Of a DNA stretch of 64,000 bases, positions 27,724 to 38,048 are shown piece after piece. Position 1 is the first letter of the stretch, and every line of letters starts with the position of its first letter. Position numbers and translations under genes: made by a program. A model generated the notes under the pieces. The model did not search any database. It saw only the letters and a program-made list of their open reading frames with translations, and was not told where the DNA came from. Source of the stretch: Candidatus Omnitrophota bacterium (GTDB taxonomy: Bacteria; Omnitrophota; Gorgyraeia; Zapsychrales; Zapsychraceae); contig JAHFGL010000007.1 of assembly GCA_023247445.1 (NCBI GenBank), positions 17,910 through 81,909 on the forward strand, given 5' to 3'.

Positions 27724-28295
27724 AACCTTCCCACCTGCTTTTTAGTTTTTTGTTTGTTTTCACTGTTATCTATGATGATATCCGCTAAACGGATCTTGTC
27801 TTTAAGAGGCATTTGATTTTTGATGCGCCTTCTGGCCTCTTCTGTTGTCATAGGTATATGTTTAACAGCACGTGCTATCTGCTGACTAAGTTTTGATTTC
27901 ACAACAACCGTAAAATCAACATCGCGATTGATTCCCGATTCAAATAAAAGCGGGACTTCAATAACTATAACTTTATATTCACCCCTCCTTTCTTCGAGTT
28001 TTACTTCTTGCTGGATTTTCTTACGCACAACTGGATGAATGATACGCTCCAGTTGCTTTAATTTCTTTCGATCGCTAAAGACAATCGCCGCTAACTTTTT
28101 GCGATCGATTTTGCCATCAGATAAAATCTTGGTGCCAAATTTCTTAACGACCGGTTTAAAACATGTTCCTTGCGGCTGGGCAACATCATAGGCAATGCGA
28201 TCGGCATCGATAACCTTCGCCCCGAGTTTTTTAAACATCGAAGCAACGGTTGACTTTCCTGTGCCCAATCCCCCTGTTATGCCGACGGTAAGCAT
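27690..28295 (-). CDS. coaE: Dephospho-CoA kinase
   Basis: [27 protein letters not shown]. Confidence 0.96.
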   Translation of the reverse strand: MLTVGITGGLGTGKSTVASMFKKLGAKVIDADRIAYDVAQPQGTCFKPVVKKFGTKILSDGKIDRKKLAAIVFSDRKKLKQLERIIHPVVRKKIQQEVKLEERRGEYKVIVIEVPLLFESGINRDVDFTVVVKSKLSQQIARAVKHIPMTTEEARRRIKNQMPLKDKIRLADIIIDNSENKQKTKKQVGRLWQKLLIKRKI

Positions 28296-29689
28296 TGATA
28301 TAACTTTTGGTATTCCTTAGCTGAATGATCCCAACTAAAATCACTAGTAAATGCATTGGCGATCAGTTGATTAAATTGATTTTTGTTTTGATAAATCGCG
28401 AGCGCGCGTTTAACCACATCCACAAAACTTGCCTTTGTATAATCGGCGAATAAAAAACCATTTCCGGTTTGTGTTCTAGAATTAAATTCCTTAATGCTGT
28501 CAGTTAACCCACCTGTGTTATAAACGATCGGGATTGTTCCATAGCGCAAGCTGATCATCTGGCTTAACCCGCACGGCTCAAAGGTCGATGGCATTAAAAA
28601 CAAATCAGAGCCAGCATAAATTTGGTGCGCCATTTGTTCATCAAAGGTTAAACACAGCGCCACGTCTTTGGGATATCGCATATTTAATGTGTCCAACATC
28701 GTATGATATTTTGATTCGCCGATTCCTTGAATGACCAGCTGCAAATCTAAGTCGACCAAATCATCAATGGCTTCCAGAATTAAATCGATTCCTTTTTGAT
28801 GTGTGAGCCTCCCAACAAAACCAAAAAGCGGAACCTCTTCGCGAATGGGCAATTGGAGCTTTTCCTGTAATTTAGCTTTATTCTTTCGCTTATTTTCAAG
28901 AGAATCTCCGGCTGAATATTTATATTCTAGCCAAGGATCAACTTGCGGATTCCAAACGGTGTAATCCAGTCCATTTAAAATTCCCACAACTGAATTCTTA
29001 CGCGAACCAATAACACCCTCTAACCCGCAACCAAATTCCTTCGTTTGAATCTCCTTAGCGTACTGCGGACTGACGGTGTTAAGGCCATCGGCATAAACGA
29101 TTCCGGCCTTAAGCAAATTGATTTTTCCAAAGAACTCAAATCCTTTTAAACCAAAAAGTTCTTCTGGCAGTTTAAGTTTTCCAAATTCTTTCTTTGGAAA
29201 AACGCCTTGGTAGGCCAAATTATGAATCGTTAAAAGCGATTTCGTATTCTTAAAGACATCTTCTTTCTTATATCGCTCTTTGAGATAAACCGGGATGAGC
29301 GCGGTTTGCCAATCATGACAATGAACAACATCTGGGTTCCATTTTGATTCATTTAAAAATTCTAAAGTCTGCTCACAAAAAAACTGAAACCGTTCTAAAT
29401 TATCCGGATAATCTCCCTCTTTGTTTCCATAAATACCATCTCGGCCAAAATACTTATCATTAGCAATAAAATAAACCTGAATGTTGTTTCCTAATGTCGT
29501 CTTCGAAACATGCGCCGCAACCTTTTCGATTTTAAATTTTGTGACATCAATCGATTTGTAAAAAGGAAGAAAGATGCTAACTTCGATTCCCAATTTTTCT
29601 AAGGCCAGGGGTAACGCCCCACAGACATCTGCCAAACCACCCGTTTTCACAAACGGAAAAACTTCTGAAGAACAAAACGCAATTTTCAT
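28277..29689 (-). CDS. glgA: Glycogen synthase (ADP-glucose type)
   Basis: KTGGLADV, HCHDWQ, TIHNLAYQG, RLTHQKG, FEPCGLSQ. Confidence 0.97.
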   Translation of the reverse strand: MKIAFCSSEVFPFVKTGGLADVCGALPLALEKLGIEVSIFLPFYKSIDVTKFKIEKVAAHVSKTTLGNNIQVYFIANDKYFGRDGIYGNKEGDYPDNLERFQFFCEQTLEFLNESKWNPDVVHCHDWQTALIPVYLKERYKKEDVFKNTKSLLTIHNLAYQGVFPKKEFGKLKLPEELFGLKGFEFFGKINLLKAGIVYADGLNTVSPQYAKEIQTKEFGCGLEGVIGSRKNSVVGILNGLDYTVWNPQVDPWLEYKYSAGDSLENKRKNKAKLQEKLQLPIREEVPLFGFVGRLTHQKGIDLILEAIDDLVDLDLQLVIQGIGESKYHTMLDTLNMRYPKDVALCLTFDEQMAHQIYAGSDLFLMPSTFEPCGLSQMISLRYGTIPIVYNTGGLTDSIKEFNSRTQTGNGFLFADYTKASFVDVVKRALAIYQNKNQFNQLIANAFTSDFSWDHSAKEYQKLYQCLPSA

Positions 29690-29693
29690 ATCT

Positions 29694-29769
29694 TCTCAGC
29701 TTCCAGCTATCAGCTTTCAGTTTTCAGCAGCTTTCAGCTACTGATAGCTGAAAGCTGAGAACTGATAGC
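29694..29769. repeat. Heptamer tandem array in inverted arrangement (TTTCAGC-like units, then CTGAAAG-like units)
   Basis: TCTCAGC TTCCAGC TATCAGC TTTCAGT TTTCAGC ... CTGATAG CTGAAAG CTGAGAA CTGATAG, filling the polA-glgA gap. Confidence 0.8.
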
Positions 29770-29772
29770 CCT

Positions 29773-32340
29773 TCATACAATTTCTTTAAGATTCAACCAA
29801 TTGGGACCTAACTTGATACTTGTTTTAATAGGCACTGATAATTTAATGGGATGCTCCATTTGTTGTCTCACTAAATCAATCATCACGTCCTTCTCTTTTA
29901 ACGGCACCTCAAAAACAAGTTCATCGTGAACCGTGATCAGCATCCGCGATTCCAGTTTATTTTTCTTAATTTCATTTTGAATGTTAATCATCGCAAGTTT
30001 AATTAAGTCGGCCGCCGAACCTTGAACCGGCGTATTCATCGCCTGCCGCTGGGCAAACTGCCGCATGCCGAGATTCTCACTATGAATTTCTGGAATATAT
30101 CGACGGCGATTTAAAATAGTTAAGACATACCCGTTTGCTTCACAATACTTAATCGCTTGATCCATAAATTCTTTGACCTTTGGATAACGCAGGAAATACC
30201 GATCAATAAAATCTTGGGCCTCGGGATTAGAAATTCCTAAATCTTTCGCTAAACCAAATGAGCTCATCCCATAAATAATGCCAAAATTAACGCGTTTGGC
30301 TAAATCACGCATATGCGCGGTTACTTCCTCTTCCTTAATATCAAAGACCAAGGAGGCTGTGTAGCGATGGATATCTTGTTCTTCATTAAAAGCCTTCGCC
30401 AAATTTTCATCCTTTGATAAATCTGCCAAAATCCTTAATTCAATCTGCGAATAATCGGCCGATAAAATACTCCACTTCTTCTGTGATGGAATAAAAGCCC
30501 GCCGAACTTGCTTGCCAAGATCTGTACGGATGGGAATATTTTGTAAATTTGGATTACGCGAACTTAACCGGCCTGTCTCTGCTCCTGTTTGAATAAATTG
30601 CGTATGGATCCGGCCTGTTTGCGGATTAATCAATCTTGGTAAAGCATCAATATATGTCGATTTTAATTTCGCCAATTGACGATATTCTAAAATAAGCGAC
30701 GGAAAATCATGATTCTTTGCGAGTGTCGAAAGAACCTCTTCATCCGTTGAAAAACCCGTCTTTGTCTTTTTGACAACCGGCAGCTTTAACACATCAAATA
30801 AAATGTGACTCAATTGTTTAGGAGAATTAAGATTAAATTCTTCTCCCGCTAATTTGTGTAATTGCAGCGTTAGATGATTAATCTTTCCTTCACATTCCTT
30901 GGAAAGGGTGGCCAAAAAATCTAAATCTAAGTTAACACCTTGGTGCTCCATTTGGCTAAGAACATAAGTCAACGGCATTTCAATATTGTCAAAAAGCGGT
31001 CGGAGCGCCTTCTCTTCTAATTCTTTGACGAGTAACGGATAAAGACGATTAACCATAAGCGTCTTACGCGCATTAAGATGACTTCCCGTTAACGAAGTTT
31101 TCAAATAAGCCCACGATAAATCACTAATAGCAAAAGATGCCTGTGAGGAACTGAGCAAATATCCCGCCAGCATTACATCAAAAATAGATCCTTCAATCAA
31201 ACAGTCATGTTGAGCAAGCACTTTCAATGATTCTTTAGCATCGTGTGTAATCTTTAAAATCTTTTTGTTTTCGAAAACCTCTTTTAGAAAGGCCATTTGA
31301 CTAAGCTCAAGGCGAAAAACCTGAGTCCCTTCGTTTACGACAACATGCATTCCTTCGCAAGTGACCAGATCTTCTTTCTCTTCATAATCAAAAAGAAAAC
31401 AAAATTGGCCAGTCTTCTTGATATGTTTTATTAAATCTTGGATCTGATCTTCGCTAGATAAATTGACAATCTCTACTTCTTCCGAATTTCGGGTAGTGAA
31501 CTCTTCAGCGAATTTTCTAAATTCCAACTCTTTAAAAAGTTCAAATAACTTTTCACGGCCGGGCGCCTTAACTTCCAATTGATTTAAATCAAAGGTTAAT
31601 GGGACATTGGATTCTAAAATAGCCAAGTCTCGACTTAAAATAGCAATTTCTTTTTGTGTTTGAATTCTTTCTCTCAACTTTTCCGACTTAACCTTTTCAA
31701 CATTCTTAAGAAGACTTTCTAAACTCCCGAAATCATTAATTAAATTCCGTGCCGTCACTTCCCCAATACCATCAATGCCCGGAATGTTATCAACGCTGTC
31801 GCCTGCGAGTGCGATAAAATCTGTAATTTTGTAGGGATCAAATCCCAATTTTTCTTTTATTTCCGCCATACCAAATATTTCATCTTTGCGCGTACTAAAA
31901 AATTTCAAATTTTTGTCCGCCAATTGATACATATCTTTATCTTCGCTGACAATGACAACCTCAAGGCCTTCTTTTAATGCCTTTTTCGCGAGTGTCGCGA
32001 TGATATCATCGGCCTCATAGCCATCGATCTCAAAAATCTCTAAATTATAAGCTTTAACAACATCGTGGATGATCGGGATCTGGCTAATTAAATCCTGTGG
32101 CATAATCGGCCGCTGGATTTTATATTCCGCAAATTTTTTTTGCCGGTGAGTTTTAGCCGCTGAATCGAAGCAGACCGCCAAATATTCTGGCTGGTGGTCA
32201 CGCAAAATCTTTTTTAGGGTATTAACGAACCCATAAACGGCGTTAGTGGCTTGGCCTTTACTGCTCGACAATCCTTTAATGGCATAAAAAGAACTGTAGC
32301 ATAACGCATGGGCATCAATTAGAAACAACTTTGCTGGCAT
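29773..32340 (-). CDS. polA: DNA polymerase I
   Basis: 5'-3' exonuclease (YEADD, GDSVDNIPG); motif A DYSQIELR, motif B KRVNFGIIYG, motif C TVHDEL. Confidence 0.98.
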   Translation of the reverse strand: MPAKLFLIDAHALCYSSFYAIKGLSSSKGQATNAVYGFVNTLKKILRDHQPEYLAVCFDSAAKTHRQKKFAEYKIQRPIMPQDLISQIPIIHDVVKAYNLEIFEIDGYEADDIIATLAKKALKEGLEVVIVSEDKDMYQLADKNLKFFSTRKDEIFGMAEIKEKLGFDPYKITDFIALAGDSVDNIPGIDGIGEVTARNLINDFGSLESLLKNVEKVKSEKLRERIQTQKEIAILSRDLAILESNVPLTFDLNQLEVKAPGREKLFELFKELEFRKFAEEFTTRNSEEVEIVNLSSEDQIQDLIKHIKKTGQFCFLFDYEEKEDLVTCEGMHVVVNEGTQVFRLELSQMAFLKEVFENKKILKITHDAKESLKVLAQHDCLIEGSIFDVMLAGYLLSSSQASFAISDLSWAYLKTSLTGSHLNARKTLMVNRLYPLLVKELEEKALRPLFDNIEMPLTYVLSQMEHQGVNLDLDFLATLSKECEGKINHLTLQLHKLAGEEFNLNSPKQLSHILFDVLKLPVVKKTKTGFSTDEEVLSTLAKNHDFPSLILEYRQLAKLKSTYIDALPRLINPQTGRIHTQFIQTGAETGRLSSRNPNLQNIPIRTDLGKQVRRAFIPSQKKWSILSADYSQIELRILADLSKDENLAKAFNEEQDIHRYTASLVFDIKEEEVTAHMRDLAKRVNFGIIYGMSSFGLAKDLGISNPEAQDFIDRYFLRYPKVKEFMDQAIKYCEANGYVLTILNRRRYIPEIHSENLGMRQFAQRQAMNTPVQGSAADLIKLAMINIQNEIKKNKLESRMLITVHDELVFEVPLKEKDVMIDLVRQQMEHPIKLSVPIKTSIKLGPNWLNLKEIV

Positions 32341-32357
32341 TGGTCACTTTAAAAATA

Positions 32358-33203
32358 TTATCTGGAAATGATCATGGGCTCTTTTGGAACGGCGGTGAGC
32401 ATCTTTTGAATCTCATATTTTGCAGAAATTGAATCGCCTGAATTTAACATTTTGATCGCCAAATCGGAATGCTCTTTAATCTTGATTTTGGATAACTCCA
32501 AAATCGTCTTTTTTCGTGCTTCAATAATTTTTGAATCCTGTGGTGATAATGCTAGGGCTTGATTAAATTCTTTCAGGGCTTGGTGATAATTTTCTTTTTG
32601 AAAGAAATCCTCTCCTTTTTGATAATGTTCGCTAGAACGCTTGACCCTTTCGTAAAATTCGCGGTGCGCTTTCTCCACTAATTGCTGCTGAAATTGCTGC
32701 GCCTCCCGATTAACAATCCAATCGATATATTCAGGACGAATTTTAAGAAGTTCTTCTTTGGCTTGTTCTGTCCAAGGATCACCAAGATCACCTAATTCAT
32801 ACCGTCTTTTGAAATATTCAAAGGCTTGTTGAGGATTCCCTAATTTTTGATAAAGATAAGCTAAATTTATATACGAAGGTAAATATTGTTTATCCGTCTG
32901 GATGGCTTTGCGATAACATTGTTCCGCTTTTGAATTAAAATCGATTTGCTCATATAGAATCCCCATGTCATTAAAAACAGCAGGGTTTTCTAAACCTAAG
33001 GCCGCAGCTTTTGTGTAATGATCCAACGCACTGTTTAAATTACCTTTTTGCTGTTCAAGAAGCCCTTTAGCTCGGTATTCTTCCGCCGTTTTTTCTTTAA
33101 GACCGGCGAAGGCATTGCTATGAAAGGTAATTAAGGAAAAGGATAAAAGAAGAGTTATGACGTTGTGGCTTGTTATTCGTAATCTTTTCTTAGTCGTAAG
33201 CAT
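32358..33203 (-). CDS. Exported tetratricopeptide repeat protein
   Basis: Signal peptide (AFA), multiple TPR units; start reset to MLTTKKR. Confidence 0.85.
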   Translation of the reverse strand: MLTTKKRLRITSHNVITLLLSFSLITFHSNAFAGLKEKTAEEYRAKGLLEQQKGNLNSALDHYTKAAALGLENPAVFNDMGILYEQIDFNSKAEQCYRKAIQTDKQYLPSYINLAYLYQKLGNPQQAFEYFKRRYELGDLGDPWTEQAKEELLKIRPEYIDWIVNREAQQFQQQLVEKAHREFYERVKRSSEHYQKGEDFFQKENYHQALKEFNQALALSPQDSKIIEARKKTILELSKIKIKEHSDLAIKMLNSGDSISAKYEIQKMLTAVPKEPMIISR

Positions 33204-33240
33204 AATATATATTTCTAGATTTGGCAAGGGCAAATCTAAT

Positions 33241-34509
33241 TTAAACTGTGTTAACCGCGGGATCCGTTGGTGCACTTCTTTTTTGAACTTCATCCACAAT
33301 TCGTGCATAATCATTCTGGGCATCTAAAACAAAATCCTCAAGTCCTCCCACACCTACCTTATCTTTAATTAAATTGAAAAACTTATCACTTTCCTTGTTA
33401 GCATTGACTAAAATCGCTCCAACAATTGAACCGTTATCAATAAATATTTTCTTATAATTCTTTGAGACAGGATCAATTACTTGATGTTGAACAATTGTGC
33501 TGGATTGCTCGATCTTACCGATAAAAACACAGGAAAAACCTTCAGCCTCGAAAGAATTTATCGTTAGTAAAGAAGTAAACGCCAGCTCTTGATTAGCAAT
33601 TTTAGCGGCAACAACTTTTCCTTGCTCTTCAAGGACAGAAGAAGACACGCCAATATCAAAAGTCATTTGTGCATCAGCCCCTTCACAAACTTGATCCAGC
33701 GCAAAGACATTATCAACATTCGTTTTAAATTGATGATCCACACAAATCTTATTTTTGACTTCAATTCCGGCCTCAGCAAATATCCGAAGATCTTCAGCGG
33801 TATTCTCAAAACAAATTAGCTGAGCGCCAATAACCTTACCGGACTTAAGTCGCACGGCCTTTGCATCACTATCTCCCAAAACTTCAGCGATCGAATTATT
33901 AACAATAATACGCAAACCTTTTTCTTCCAAAAAACTCATGAGCCATTTCGACGGCTCGTCTTCTAAGATCATCGCCAAAAGTCGATCTGTTGAAACAATC
34001 AAGATAACTTCCTTCCCTCTTTTGATAAGGGCATAAGCGATTTGCAGACTAAAAAGACTGTCTCCATTAATAATCACCGTATCGAAAATGGGGATTGATT
34101 TTACAATTTGATCAATATCTTTTAATCTCTTGAGCCCCAAAAGACCTATCTTATTTGTTCCTTTTATATCGGGGAATTTATGGGTAGGGCTGTCAGCAAT
34201 AAGAAGCAGATCGTAATCAAACTGATCCTTCTCTTCCGTAAAAATCTTATTTCGTTTCGTATTAATTCTGGTTATCGTTTTATCAAAAATAACGTTGATA
34301 CGATTCTTCTCATAAAAACTTTTCTGTCGGTAAAGACAATCGCTTGTGGCAATTTCTTTCGCGATGAGTTTTGAAAAAAGCGTCCGATCATAGGCATAAA
34401 ATCCATCGAAGGCAAATAATGTTATCTCACTGGCCTGATCATTTTGACGAATGTCTTCGATTGCCTTGATCGCTGCGACTGAAGTTCCTAACACAACAAT
34501 TTTGCTCAT
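33241..34509 (-). CDS. Pyridine nucleotide-disulfide oxidoreductase-fold protein (NirB/rubredoxin-reductase-like) with degenerate motifs
   Basis: Domain order and YDLLLIA, FKTNVDNVFA, YKKIFI..GSIVGAILV are recognisable, but both GxGxxG motifs and the GD motif are altered. Confidence 0.75.
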   Translation of the reverse strand: MSKIVVLGTSVAAIKAIEDIRQNDQASEITLFAFDGFYAYDRTLFSKLIAKEIATSDCLYRQKSFYEKNRINVIFDKTITRINTKRNKIFTEEKDQFDYDLLLIADSPTHKFPDIKGTNKIGLLGLKRLKDIDQIVKSIPIFDTVIINGDSLFSLQIAYALIKRGKEVILIVSTDRLLAMILEDEPSKWLMSFLEEKGLRIIVNNSIAEVLGDSDAKAVRLKSGKVIGAQLICFENTAEDLRIFAEAGIEVKNKICVDHQFKTNVDNVFALDQVCEGADAQMTFDIGVSSSVLEEQGKVVAAKIANQELAFTSLLTINSFEAEGFSCVFIGKIEQSSTIVQHQVIDPVSKNYKKIFIDNGSIVGAILVNANKESDKFFNLIKDKVGVGGLEDFVLDAQNDYARIVDEVQKRSAPTDPAVNTV

Positions 34510-35384
34510 ATCGTTACTCCCACTCCTTGTTGTCTCTGAAATTTAAAAGCCTCAATGCAATTACGCATCAGCATGACCACCGTCAAGGGGCCAACGCCAC
34601 CCGGCACTGGGGTAATAAAAGAAGCCCTGTTTTTTGCCACATCAAACTCCACATCACCAACGATTTGTGAAATAACTTTATTAATCCCCACATCAATAAC
34701 GATGGCCCCTTCTTTGATCCATTCGCCTTTAACAAAAGCTGGCTTGCCAACGGCCGCAACAACAACATCGGCCCGACCAATGTGCTCAATAAGTTTTTTA
34801 GGATCTGTCGCACTGTGACAAACCGTAACGGTTAAGTTTTTTTCTAATAAAAGATGGATAACGGGTTTACCGACAATATCGCTGCGGCCAATGACAACGG
34901 CCTCTTTCCCACGCAAGTCTACCCCTGTTGATTGGATATGCTCCATGACCGATGCCGCCGTGCAAGGAACAAGTCTATTGCCGCCCAAAATCATCTTGCC
35001 AATGTTGGCAAGATTCATTCCTTCCACATCCTTGGATGGATCAATTGAACTAATAATCTTTGCATAATCAATTTGAGAAGGAACTGGTTTCTGAACAATA
35101 ATGCCATGAACGCGGGCTTCTGAATTTAGACCTAAAATACACTGGATAAGATCATTGTGGGCAATGGTGGATGGGAAATTAACCAAATCATAGTGAATGC
35201 CAATATATTCCGCGACCTTTTTTTGCGACGCGACATAACTCAAAGATCCTTGATCATTCCCAATTAAAATACTAATGAGGGTTGGAAAACTTCCTTTTGT
35301 ATCTTTAATTTTCTGAACTTCATTCTTTAAATTTTCTCGAATAGTTTGTGCCAATACTTTGCCATCTAAGAATTTTGCTATCAT
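34506..35384 (-). CDS. folD: Methylenetetrahydrofolate dehydrogenase FolD (probably monofunctional)
   Basis: KDVEG, PCT, GRSDIVGKP, IDVGIN, TPVPGGVGP. Confidence 0.95.
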   Translation of the reverse strand: MIAKFLDGKVLAQTIRENLKNEVQKIKDTKGSFPTLISILIGNDQGSLSYVASQKKVAEYIGIHYDLVNFPSTIAHNDLIQCILGLNSEARVHGIIVQKPVPSQIDYAKIISSIDPSKDVEGMNLANIGKMILGGNRLVPCTAASVMEHIQSTGVDLRGKEAVVIGRSDIVGKPVIHLLLEKNLTVTVCHSATDPKKLIEHIGRADVVVAAVGKPAFVKGEWIKEGAIVIDVGINKVISQIVGDVEFDVAKNRASFITPVPGGVGPLTVVMLMRNCIEAFKFQRQQGVGVTI

Positions 35385-35386
35385 GA

Positions 35387-35869
35387 TTAATTTTCTTTCG
35401 TCAATACTAGCGCTGCCTTAAAAGCAGCGAAAAGCATCTCAACAGCAACCACAACATCGCTTAATAAATATTTATTGCCTTTTTCGACAAGAAACGGGGT
35501 CAATTCAATGGCTTTGTAAGATAATCGGCAGACTTCTAAGGGAACTTTTTGAGCTTCGCGTTGGGCCAACTGCTTGACCTTCGCTGGAGCTTTTCGCGTG
35601 GCCGCTACTTTCAAATAAGCTTGGGCATCTAAATCAACCAACTCTAAAAGTCGATTTTTGATAACTTGACTTTCCTTAATAATTTTCTGAATTTTATCTT
35701 CTGTGGCCTTGTGCTGACTCTTTCCCAAAGAATAATTAGCAACCATGCTAATAAGCGAAACACCTAACGCCCCTGTTAAAGCTGCAGCTGAACCACCGCC
35801 GGGTACCGGTGTTCGAAGAGAGAGACAATCTAAATATTCTTTGAGTGTATGATTTTTATATTTCTTCAT
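35387..35869 (-). CDS. fchA: Cyclodeaminase/cyclohydrolase family protein (FchA-like)
   Basis: PVPGGGSAAALTGALG, D..AY, VPL, GNKYLLSD. Confidence 0.85.
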   Translation of the reverse strand: MKKYKNHTLKEYLDCLSLRTPVPGGGSAAALTGALGVSLISMVANYSLGKSQHKATEDKIQKIIKESQVIKNRLLELVDLDAQAYLKVAATRKAPAKVKQLAQREAQKVPLEVCRLSYKAIELTPFLVEKGNKYLLSDVVVAVEMLFAAFKAALVLTKEN

Positions 35870-35919
35870 GAACCAGATATCACGAGGATCAAGGAAAGCA
35901 GTTCTGACGATTTGAGTTC

Positions 35920-35948
35920 ATGATAGCTTAAAGATTTTTCTTTTTCAA
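35920..35948 (-). promoter_or_regulatory. sigma70-type promoter of the fchA-folD unit
   Basis: TTGAAA, 17-nt spacer, TATCAT. Confidence 0.55.
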
Positions 35949-35980
35949 TAAACTTCATCTTTTTTTTCACCGTAAAAAAC

Positions 35981-36352
35981 CTACATCCCTTCTAATCCAA
36001 AAGCATTCTTAATAATTTTAATTTGCTCATCTTCTTTGGCGTCAAGATTAATGGCAACCACATCAAAACGCGCCTTAGGATCATTTAAGTGTTTGAGCTT
36101 AAAATAATAATATGCTGTTTTAATCAATTTTCTTTGCTTAAAAAAAGAAACCGATTCTAAAAGAGAAAGAATATCCTCATCTTGCCTGGTTTTTACCTCA
36201 ACAAAACAGATCGTGTCCTTGTCCTTGGCGATGATATCAATCTCTCCAAATTTACTTCGGAAATTACGCTCAAGAATAAGATAACCCTGCTTTTCTAGAA
36301 AACTGACGGCCAGATCTTCGCCTCTGTGGCCTATGGCGCTACTTATTATCAT
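35981..36352 (-). CDS. YraN family (UPF0102) nuclease-like protein
   Basis: GEDLA..FL..GY.ILERN, GEIDIIA, FVEVKTR, RFDVV. Confidence 0.93.
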   Translation of the reverse strand: MIISSAIGHRGEDLAVSFLEKQGYLILERNFRSKFGEIDIIAKDKDTICFVEVKTRQDEDILSLLESVSFFKQRKLIKTAYYYFKLKHLNDPKARFDVVAINLDAKEDEQIKIIKNAFGLEGM

Positions 36353-36960
36353 GCATGTTGGAATGTTCGACGGTGGATCATCGAAAGGCCGTGCTCTTTA
36401 ATCGCGCGTTTATGCGCTACGGTGGGGTAACCTTTATTTTGTTTAAATCCATACTGTGGAAAAACTTTATCATATGTGTCTAAAATGCGGTCCCGCGTAA
36501 CTTTGGCAATAATAGAAGCACAAGAAATTGACAGGACCTTCGCATCGCCATCAATGATGGTTTCATACGAATACGGCAACTCAGATCGAAAAAGATGTCC
36601 ATCAATAAAAAGAAATACATTTTCGTTAGCTTTATTATTTGAGGGTACTTTTCGCAGAAGATCGACAATCGCATTATCCATCGCTAAAAAAGTGGCGTTT
36701 AGAATATTAACGGTATCGATAATGACTTCATTAATAATCCCGACACCAACGTACGCATTTTCATAAATCTCATGAAAGGCGCGTTCACGCTGCAGGGCTG
36801 TCATCTTTTTGGAATCGTTAATCGGGCAGGAAAACTGACTTCGCTTAAGGGAAACGGCTGCTGCCACAACTGGGCCAGCCAATGGGCCTCGTCCGGCTTC
36901 ATCAACGCCGACAATTACTTTAAAGCCACTCGCCTGAGCTCTATCTTCATGATTTAACAT
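36349..36960 (-). CDS. rnhB: Ribonuclease HII
   Basis: GVDEAGRGPLAGPVV, DSKK, ASIIAKVTRD, KGYPT. Confidence 0.97.
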   Translation of the reverse strand: MLNHEDRAQASGFKVIVGVDEAGRGPLAGPVVAAAVSLKRSQFSCPINDSKKMTALQRERAFHEIYENAYVGVGIINEVIIDTVNILNATFLAMDNAIVDLLRKVPSNNKANENVFLFIDGHLFRSELPYSYETIIDGDAKVLSISCASIIAKVTRDRILDTYDKVFPQYGFKQNKGYPTVAHKRAIKEHGLSMIHRRTFQHA

Positions 36961-36969
36961 CAGTAATAA

Positions 36970-37332
36970 TTATTTCGCCTGTTCGGTTTGAACGCGTGCT
37001 TGTTTACCTTCTCGATCTCTTAAATAATAAAGTCGGGCTCTCTTGACAACACCTTTACTGACAACCGAAATACTTTCAATCATCGGTGAATGAAAAGGAA
37101 AAATACGTTCAACACCTTCACCAAAGGAAATCTTACGAACAGTAAATGTGCCTTTTAGACCCTTACCGGTTTTTCTGATGATTGTCCCTTCAAAAGGATG
37201 TAATCGGATTTTGTCTGCCTCTTGAACCTTGATCTTCATTTTGACAACGTCCCCGACATTAAATGTCGTAATATCTTTACGAAGATATTTTTGATCAAGG
37301 CCGCTCATTAATTCGCCAATATTAGTAACCAT
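36970..37332 (-). CDS. rplS: 50S ribosomal protein L19
   Basis: FNVGD, FEG, FTVRKISFGEGVERIFP, RARLYYLR. Confidence 0.97.
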   Translation of the reverse strand: MVTNIGELMSGLDQKYLRKDITTFNVGDVVKMKIKVQEADKIRLHPFEGTIIRKTGKGLKGTFTVRKISFGEGVERIFPFHSPMIESISVVSKGVVKRARLYYLRDREGKQARVQTEQAK

Positions 37333-37363
37333 GTTCTATTCCTCCCTTATATACTTTCAAGAT

Positions 37364-38035
37364 TTATTTTAAAAGATCAGGCCGATTTTTCTTGGTCCTG
37401 ATCAACGCTTGTTCTTGACGCCATTTTTCTATCAATTTATGGTGGCCAGATAATAACACATCAGGAACTTTTTGACCACGAAAATTTGCAGGCCGTGTGT
37501 ACTGAGGGTACTCCAGAAGATTGTTCTCAAACGATTCATCTTTTAGCGATTCTTCTCGTCCTAAAACTCCTGGAATTAATCGCGCCACCGAATCAACCAA
37601 CACCAAGGCGGGCAACTCTCCTCCGGTTAAAACGTAATCACCAATCGAAATGGATTCATCGACAATCCCGTGACTGACGCGTTCATCAATGCCCTCGTAA
37701 TGTCCACATATAATAATCAAATTTTTTGCTTTGGCCAATGTTTTTACAATTCTTTGGGTTAAGGGCTTACCTGCGGCTGAAGTTAAAATAACGGTCGCTT
37801 TTCGTCGGCCTTTAATCTTTTTAACCGCATCAATAATCGGTTGCGGTGTCATCACCATGCCCGGTCCGCCACCAAAAGGATAATCATCAACCTTTTTATG
37901 TTTATCATCGGAATAATCGCGCAGATCATGCACATGCACAGTAATCTTTCCCTTGGTTTGCGCACGCTTTAGAATCGATTCATTCAAAATGGGTTTGAGC
38001 GTCTCTGGAAAAATAGTAATGATATCGAATCGCAC
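37364..38035 (-). CDS. trmD: tRNA (guanine-N1)-methyltransferase
   Basis: [42 protein letters not shown]; GTG start. Confidence 0.98.
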   Translation of the reverse strand: MRFDIITIFPETLKPILNESILKRAQTKGKITVHVHDLRDYSDDKHKKVDDYPFGGGPGMVMTPQPIIDAVKKIKGRRKATVILTSAAGKPLTQRIVKTLAKAKNLIIICGHYEGIDERVSHGIVDESISIGDYVLTGGELPALVLVDSVARLIPGVLGREESLKDESFENNLLEYPQYTRPANFRGQKVPDVLLSGHHKLIEKWRQEQALIRTKKNRPDLLK

Positions 38036-38048
38036 GTCTAAAAACTCC

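Noticed and set aside
29694-29769. Possible CRISPR array (also 15817-15939 and the REP-like copies)
   Set aside because: No identical repeats separated by unique spacers and no cas genes
35870-35919. Possible folate or ZTP riboswitch upstream of fchA-folD
   Set aside because: The leader after the predicted promoter is only about 45 nt and shows no recognisable aptamer
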